Source: an uncultured delta proteobacterium
GTDB taxonomy: Bacteria > Myxococcota_A > Polyangia > Polyangiales > Polyangiaceae
Direction: 5' to 3'
NCBI GenBank assembly: GCA_963806225.1
Contig: CAWDXG010000004.1
Span: 1,888,001 to 1,952,000 of the forward strand
DNA: 64,000 bases
How positions within the stretch are numbered: position 1 is the first letter of the stretch; every line of letters starts with the position of its first letter. Both the position numbers and the translations under genes were made by a program. Below, piece by piece: positions 57,097 through 64,000 of this stretch. Below the pieces are notes generated by a model. The model saw nothing but the letters and a program-made list of their open reading frames with translations, was not told the DNA's origin and did not search any database.

Positions 57097-59897
57097 CAGA
57101 ATTCGCCTCTCAGACCGATGCTGGGAATGATCGGAAGCCCGGTCTGGTAGTTCGACTGGCTGAAGTTGTAGTTGTAGGTGATCGCCTCGACCGCCGCATT
57201 GTTATAGACGTTCTGGATGTCCAGATAGGCGGAGAGCCGCCAGTCCTTGAACTGCCAGCGCTTGTCGACGCGCAGGTCGAGCTGGTGGAACAGCGGCAAC
57301 CGCTTCGCTGTACGGCTTGCCCTGGATCGGCACGTAGGCGCCGGCATCGGCCGCGTAGATGGCCGGCAGGGTGGGCGGCGGGACGACGGGCGTGACGAGC
57401 GAGCCGGAGATGATCCGGAAGCGCGCGCCGAACTCCCAGCCGCGCCCGAGGCGGTAGCTGCCGAGCACCGTGAGGTTGTGGGTCTGGTCGTACTGGAACA
57501 GGTACTCGGGCTGGTCGGGGCCGTTCTTGCGCACGCTGCGCGAGAGCGTGTACGCCAGCCAGCCGAAGAAGCGCTTGTCGGGCTTGTACTTGAGCAGCGT
57601 CTCGAGCCCGACAACGTAGCCCGTGCCCAGGTTGTTGTAGCCGAAGCCCGCCGCCCGAAGGCACGCGCTCCACGAGCTGGCTCATATCCTTGTAGAAGCC
57701 CTCGAGGCTCATCTGGACGTGCTTCGTGAACTCCTGCTCGACGCCGACGTAGTAGTGGATCGCGCGGTTCGAGTAGAGCCCCGGCGTGCCGAACACCGGG
57801 TTCGTCTCCTGGAACTGGGGCGGCTGCGCGAACACGCCCACGCCGCCCTTGATCGTCGTACGCAGGCGCTTGTGCACGCCTTCGGAAGCTTCCTTGTCGC
57901 TGTCGTTCGGCGAGACAATGTCGTAGCGCGCGTTCACGCGCGGGCTGAAATCGGCGTGCCCCGAGTCGCGCGAGTAGTCCAGCCGCGCTCCGGGCACGAT
58001 GCGCAGTCGCCGCGTGGGTTGGAGCTCTCCTTCCACGTACCAGGCCGGACGGAAGGCGGTGCCGCTCGTCGTCGTCTCGAGCGGCGGGCGCGTAGAGAAG
58101 GGGCCTGGATCGGGCTCGCCGGGGCGCGGCGGCGGCGGCGCGCGCACCGACACCTTGTATGGCGCCATGACGAAGTCCATCCCGAAGTTCATCTTGACGC
58201 CCTTCGTCATGCGCCAGCCAAACTCGTTGCGCATGCTGACCGGATAGCTCGTCAGATCGAACTTCAAGCTGCCGATGGAGAAGTTGATCGTGTCACGTCC
58301 CACCGACAGCATCGAGTCGAGCTCGACATCGGGCGAGAGCTGCCCCTTGTACAGCGCCTGGCCGCGCCAGAAGGCCGTACCGAACGTCAGGTTGCCGCCG
58401 AAGCCGGGATCCTCGGCTGCGGGATCCTTGATCAGGATCTCCAGCCTGTCGTCCGAGCCGTAGAAGCGCAGGCTGAGGTCCGAGTCGTGGGTGGGCTTGT
58501 TGTCGGCGATGAGCTGGTAGTCGTAGTAGACGGGCGCGGTCGTCACTCCCGCGCCTGCCTGCTCGAGCACCGGCTTGATCCAGGTGTCGATCCAGCTGCG
58601 GCGCGCGGCGGCGGCGAAGCTCCAGTGCTTGAGCGGGCCGATCGGCCCCTGCAGCAGCAGGCGGCCGTCGATGAGATCGACCTCGGCCATGCCGTGGTAG
58701 CAGCCGTCCTTGTTCGTCGGCTTGCCGTAGTCGCCGGTGCAGCGCGTGTCCGGCGAGCGCAGGCCGGCGTCGACGATGCCGCCCATGACGCGGCCGTAGC
58801 GCGCGCTGAAGTTGCCAGGGTAGAAGTCGATCTTGTCGAGCAGCTCGGTCGGCACGACGCTGCTGAGGCCGCCGAAGTGGTAGATGAGCGGCACGTTGCT
58901 GCCGTCGATGAACGTGTGCGTGTCCTGCGGCGCCGAGCCGCGCACGATGAGCAGCCCCGCGAAGCCCGGCGGGCGCGCCACGCCGGGCAGGCTCTGGATC
59001 GAACGCAGGGCGTCGCCGCCGGTGCCCGGAATGCGGTTGATCTCGCGGCGCTGGAGCGTGCGGCGCGTCACCTCGCGCGGCGGCCGCTCGCCCTGCACCG
59101 TCACCTCGAGCCCCTCGCTCTTCGGCGCCAGGCGGTAGGTCGCTTCCGTCGCCTCGCCCGCCGCGACCTGCTCGGTGTTCTCGACGCCGGTGAAGCCTTC
59201 GGCGTCGACCTTCACCTTGTAGCTGCCCGGCTTCTGTCGCTCGATCTGCCAGTGGCCCTTGGTGTCGGTCGTCAGCGCCTGCTTCGTGCCGTCGGGCGAC
59301 GTGACCGTGACGGTTGCGCCGACGAGCGGCGTCGTGGTGCCCGCGATCTGGATGCGTGCCGCCGAGATTGCCGACCTTCGGCGGCGGAGGCGGCGGCGGC
59401 TGCTTCTCGGGTGGCGCGGGCTTCAGCGTGAAGGAGTACTTGTACAGGATGCGCACCGGAGCCGGCTTGCCGTCGACCGTCGCCGGCGTGAACTCGAACT
59501 TCATCGCGGCCGCCTGCGCCGCCTCGTCGAAGCCATGCCCTGCCGGCTCCGCCACCTCGACGTTCGTCACCTTGCCGGTCGCGTCGATGGTGAGCCGCAG
59601 CACCACGTCGCCCTGGATGCCCTCCTTCTGCGCCTCGGGCGGGTAGGCCGCGTGCTCGAAGTGCTCGAGCTTCGGCATCACGACGACGGGCTTCTTCTTC
59701 TGCTGCGCCGGCTTGGCGGGCTTCACCACGGCGCCCGCGGCGCCGCGTGGGACCGCTCCGGTGCCCTGCTGCGAGTCGTCGGCCTGGGCCCGGGCCGGAG
59801 CGCATACCAGGAACGTCGAAGCAAGCGTCGAAGCGGCCAGAACGGCACGCGCAACGCGGACACCTCTGGCTTCGAGCCTGGCAGTTCTCCCCGGCAT
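57096..59897 (-). CDS. TonB C-terminal domain fused to carboxypeptidase-regulatory-like domain and TonB-dependent receptor; several frameshifts
   Basis: YPPEA...GDVVLRLTIDATGKV...GFDEAA; plug IPGTGGDALRSIQSLPGV, IYHFGG, IDFYPGNFSARYG; barrel LDLRVDK, YLDIQNVYN, terminal F. Confidence 0.85.
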
Positions 59898-60045
59898 CTC
59901 GGGGAACACCGGGTAGCGCGGCCGGCGCGGGGTGACAAGCGGACTCGCCGCGCCGGGCTTATTCGCCCCGGTTGCCAGCCTGGAATCACGCTGATCGGGG
60001 CCGGCCCGTTGAAGATCGACAACAGGCACGCTACTCACGCCAGCC

Positions 60046-60814
60046 GTGAAGATCGCCACCTGGAACGTCAACTCGATCCGCGCGCGGCACGAACTGGTGC
60101 TCGACTGGCTCAAGCGCGCGGAGCCCGACGTGCTCTGCATGCAGGAGACGAAGGTGGTGGATGACGACTTCCCGACCGACGAGCTCATGAGGCTCGGCTA
60201 CGCCGTCGCCATGGCGGGGCAGAAGACGTACAACGGCGTCGCCATCGCGTCGCGCCGACCCATGAAGGACATCGCGGTAGGTCTCCACGACGATGGTCCC
60301 GAAGCGGACAAGCGACTCATCGCCGCGACGATCGACGGGCTGCGGGTGCTCAGCGCGTACGTTCCGAACGGCAAGTCCCCGACCCTACCCGCCTTCCAGG
60401 GCAAGCTCCGTTGGCTCGCGCGCCTGCGCGAGACGCTCGAACGCTGTCCGGCCGGCGAGATCGTGCTGTGCGGCGATTTCAACGTCGCGATCGACGACCG
60501 CGACGTCTACGACCCGGAGGCGATGCGCGGCCAGCTGCACTTCCATCCCGAGGAGCACAAGGCGCTCGCGCACCTGCTCGACCTGGGGCTCGTCGACGCC
60601 TTCCGCCTCCACCACGAGGAAGGCGGGCTGTACAGCTGGTGGGACTATCGCGGCGGCGGCTTCCGCAGGAACCAGGGGCTGCGCATCGACTACGTCTTCT
60701 GTCGGCAAGGCGCTAGCAGCGCACTGTGTGGGAGCCAGCATGGACGTGGAGGAGCGCCGCCGCGACAAGCCGTCCGATCACATTCCGGTAATAGTGGAAC
60801 TTGATCAGCTCTGA
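60046..60814 (+). CDS. xth: Exodeoxyribonuclease III; frameshift near 60700
   Basis: IATWNVNS, MQETK, YNGVAI, YVPNG, GDFN, YSWWDYR, GLRIDY, PSDHIPV (shifted frame). Confidence 0.92.
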
Positions 60815-60956
60815 CGGAAGCCGGTAGGTGCGAGGAATAATCACGACGCGGACCGTGTAGCTGTGCCGCTCCGACTTCCGGAGAAAACCGGGCCCGTCTC
60901 CCTTGCGCCCGGACGCATCGTTCCCTATCGGGGAGTCCCCATGGAGGGTCATAAAG

Positions 60957-61595
60957 ATGAAGACTGCGAAATTCGTTCTCCCGTCGCTCGGCTGCCTGGT
61001 GCTGCTCGCTGCCTGCGGCAAGCCCGCGCAAGCCCCTGAACCGCCGGTCCCCAGCGCCGCACCCGAGGCGCCCAGCGCCGCGCCCGAGGCGCCCGCATCG
61101 GCGGCGCCGGCCGAGTCCGCTAGCGCGGAGGCGCCACCCGCCGCGCCGAAAACGGTGACCGCGAAGATCATGGGGGCGAAGAAATCCAAGCTCGACGGCA
61201 CCATCACGCTCACCGAGGACGCCGACGGCGTGAAGGTCGTGGTCAACGTCGAGAACGCCAAGCCAGGCATGCACGCCACGCACATCCACGAGAAGGCCGA
61301 CTGCAGCGGCAAGGGCTTCAAGACGGCGGGCGGTCACTTCAATCCCGACAAGAACCCGCACGGCCTGCCCACCGCGGAAAAGCACCACCTCGGCGACCTC
61401 GGCAACATGGAGGTCGGCAAGGACGGCAAGGGCACGCTGGAGCTCGAGGTGAAGGGCGCCAACCTCGAGCACGGCGACGCGCACTCGTTCCTCGACCGCG
61501 CGATCATCATCCACGCGAAGAAGGACACCGGCGCACAGCCCGCCGGTGCCGCTGGCGCGCGCATCGGCTGCGGCGAGATCAAGGCCGGCGAGTAG
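60957..61595 (+). CDS. sodC: Cu/Zn superoxide dismutase lipoprotein
   Basis: Lipobox LAAC; HATHIHE, AGGHFNP, HLGDLGN, IIIHAKKD, GARIGCG. Confidence 0.95.
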   Translation: MKTAKFVLPSLGCLVLLAACGKPAQAPEPPVPSAAPEAPSAAPEAPASAAPAESASAEAPPAAPKTVTAKIMGAKKSKLDGTITLTEDADGVKVVVNVENAKPGMHATHIHEKADCSGKGFKTAGGHFNPDKNPHGLPTAEKHHLGDLGNMEVGKDGKGTLELEVKGANLEHGDAHSFLDRAIIIHAKKDTGAQPAGAAGARIGCGEIKAGE

Positions 61596-62716
61596 CTCGA
61601 GTCCAGGCCGGCAGTCCGCCGGCATCCAGCCAGCCGAACGAGCCGTCGATGAGCTCGGGCGGGTCGCCGAGGTCGCGCAGCACGCGCGCGGCCCCGACGG
61701 CGATCCGCCCGCGTTCCAGAAACGACTCCAGCGCGCCGTCACGCTCGAACGCGCGCTGCACGCGCGACAGCGCCGTCAGATACACCAGCTCACGGCCAAG
61801 CCCGCCACCGCGATGCACGCGGCTCGTGATGCGGAGCGCGTCTTCGAGGGCAGCACCGCGCTCGAGCAATAGCTGCGCGGTCTCGACGTAGTCCGCACCG
61901 CGCCGGAGTGCCAGCGCCGCCAGGTGCCGGCGCCCGAGCTCCGCCGAGCGCGCGGCGTCCAGGTATCCGCCACGCTGTTCCAGCAAGAGCGCGCGCCCTT
62001 CCTCGTCGTCCGAGCCGCCCGCCGTGCCGATGCGGTACAGCCCCAGGCGTTCGTGGCGCGCACGCAGCCGCGGCAGCGCGTGGCCCTCGATCTCGTGCAC
62101 CACGATGCGCTCCACGTCGAGCTCCCGGTAGCGCGCGCCGGCCTTCACCAGGATCACGCCATCGCCGGTGGCCGCGGCGCTCGGCAGGTCCTCGCTGAGC
62201 AGTACGCGGAATGGCAGCCTTCGCTGGCCGACGGCCCGCCGCATCGCCGAGAACAGGCTGTGCGGATCGCGCTCGTCGTCGCTCGGCGTGGTCGACGACG
62301 GAGCCTCGACGGTCGCGTCGGTCCAGTCGAGCGCCCACTGCTCGGCCTGCGCGGCATCCAGCCCGGCTCCGATCGGGAACCTGAGCGCAGCGAGATCGCG
62401 GAACGACCCGCTATCGAGCGCTTCGGCGGCGGCCGCTTCGGTGTACAGCTCGGCGGCGCGCGCGGCGTACAGGCCGCCCCAGGGGCCCGCGGCGGCGAGC
62501 TTGTCCACCATGCCCTCGAGCCCCGCGCGCAGCCCCGCAAGCTCGGGAACGCTCGCATACTGCCAGTCCGGCGCCGACGGCTCGTCGCGCTGCCACGCAG
62601 CCTGCACCTCTGCCTGCGCGCGCACGGCGTTCAAGCGGGCGGCAGCGCTCGAGCAGCGCGATCGCGCGCTCGGCACGGCCGAGCAGCCGCTCCAGATCCC
62701 GCCGCAGCACGCTCAT
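61579..62716 (-). CDS. DUF1704/MATCAP-like (tyrosine/phenylalanine carboxypeptidase-type) metallopeptidase; N-terminal frameshift
   Basis: HEIEGH (HExxxH), DEEG, RVHRGGG...ELVYL; ATGA overlap with phoH. Confidence 0.7.
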
Positions 62717-64000
62717 AGCTTGTTCGCCGCGATATTCGCGAGCTCGCTGCGTTCGCCCTTGCGAGCAGGATGTGCCCCACCAACGACTCGCCGTGCAGGC
62801 GATCGGCGGTCACCGACAGGCCGTTGGTCGCGCTATCGACGTAGGGGTTGTCGATCTGGAACGGATCGCCGGTCAGGATGATCTTGGTGCCCTCGGCGCA
62901 GCGCGTGATGACGGTCTTCACCTCGTGCGGCGTGAGGTTCTGCGCTTCGTCCACGATCACGTACTGCTGCGGCAGGCTGCGGCCGCGGATGTAGGTGAGC
63001 GGCTCGACCTGCAGCTGGCCACTGTCGAACAGCTCGTCGAATCCGCCGCGCATGCCGCGTCGCTTGCCGCCGCCGGCCACCAGCAAAAACTCCAGGTTGT
63101 CGAAGATCGGCTGCATCCAGGGATTCAGCTTCTCCTCGATGTCCCCGGGCAGATAACCGAGGTCGCGGCCCATCGGCATCACCGGACGGCTCACGAGCAG
63201 CCGCGCGTACGCGCCCTCTTCCGCCGTGCGCTTGAGCCCCGCCGCCAGCGCCAGCAGCGTCTTGCCGGTTCCCGCCTTGCCGACCAGCGTCACGAGCCGC
63301 ACGGAGTCGTCGAGCAGGAGGTCGAGGGCGAAGCTCTGTTCCCTGTTGCGCGGGCGGATCCCCATCACGCCGTCCCGCGGCGTCCTGAGCGCGCGGATCT
63401 CGCCCTTGTCCGCGTGGTAGCGGCCAAGCGCGGTGCGCGGACGGGCGGCGCTGTCATCGCGCAGCATCACGCTCACGTTGGCGTAGAGCTGCTCGCCTGC
63501 GGGCCGCTCCATGACGCCGCGTTCGAGGAAGCCCTCCAGGTCGGCGGCGGTAACGGCGAGCTCGACCATGCCGGTGTTCAGGTGCTCGACGTCGACGGAC
63601 TGGTTCTCGTACGCCTCGGTGGTGAGCCCCAGCGCATCGGCACGGATGCGCAGGTTCACATCCATCGTCACGAAGATGGTCGGCCTTTCCGGGCGAGGCG
63701 TCGCGCAGATCGAGCGCCGTCTGCATGATGGCGTGGTCGCCGGACTCCGGGTGCAGCGCGATCGCCAGATGCGGCCGCTTCTCCGGCACGTGCACACGCA
63801 GGCTGCCGTCCTCGCCGATGCGCACGCCGCGGGCGAGCGATGCGCCCCGCTCGCGCAGCGCGTCCAGCAGGCGCGAGATGGTTCGCGCGTTGCGGCCGCG
63901 CTCGGTGTTCTCGCGCTTGAAGGTGTCGATCTCCTCGATGACGTAGATCGGGAGGATGAGGTCGTTGTCCTCGAACTTGAAGATCGCGTACGGGTCGTGA
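62713..64000 (-). CDS. phoH: PIN-PhoH (PhoH2-type) protein; partial, frameshifted
   Basis: PIN part HDP...VIEEID, FVTMDVNLRIRA; PhoH PRNREQ, GKAGTGKT, GYLPG, YIRGRS, DEAQN, GDPFQID. Confidence 0.92.

Noticed and set aside
1..64000. tRNA, rRNA, IS elements, integrases, prophage
   Set aside because: No recognisable motifs, terminal repeats or compositional shift found by eye

Overview
High-GC (roughly 70%, estimated by eye), gene-dense bacterial chromosomal DNA, most likely from a myxobacterium (Myxococcota, Polyangiales-like). This is inferred from a MYXO-CTERM-type anchor, three eukaryotic-like Ser/Thr kinases, a TonB-fused receptor and many Gly/Cys-rich lipoproteins. About 48 CDS are supportable; no rRNA, tRNA, CRISPR, IS or phage features were seen. 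Main content: arylsulfate sulfotransferase; a tetraheme c cytochrome with a MYXO-CTERM-like anchor behind a perfect FNR box; Fpg glycosylase; molybdopterin oxidoreductase/HxlR divergon; a sigma54-driven kinase/CoA-transferase-GNAT/CBS divergon; an ECF sigma with a 1432-aa ZAS-FecR-VIT-vWA anti-sigma; pgsBCW (poly-gamma-glutamate); USP; MscS plus a membrane P-loop NTPase; TerC; treY-malQ-treZ; a basic DNA-binding protein; SDRs; a vWA lipoprotein; Omp85; a kinase-FHA-degenerate GGDEF protein; a clear cobalamin riboswitch controlling an orphan beta-propeller lipoprotein; sppA; K+ channel; thermonuclease; a kinase-TPR-lipoprotein cassette; TonB-TBDR fusion; xth; sodC; a MATCAP-like peptidase; and PIN-PhoH. 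About 14 genes carry frameshifts clustered in patches, most likely long-read consensus errors rather than true pseudogenes. Best candidates for undescribed systems: the FNR-linked stalked surface cytochrome, the ECF/ITIH-like anti-sigma receptor, the B12-riboswitch lipoprotein, and the NTPase-MscS pair. All functional calls come from motif recognition by eye, without database searches.
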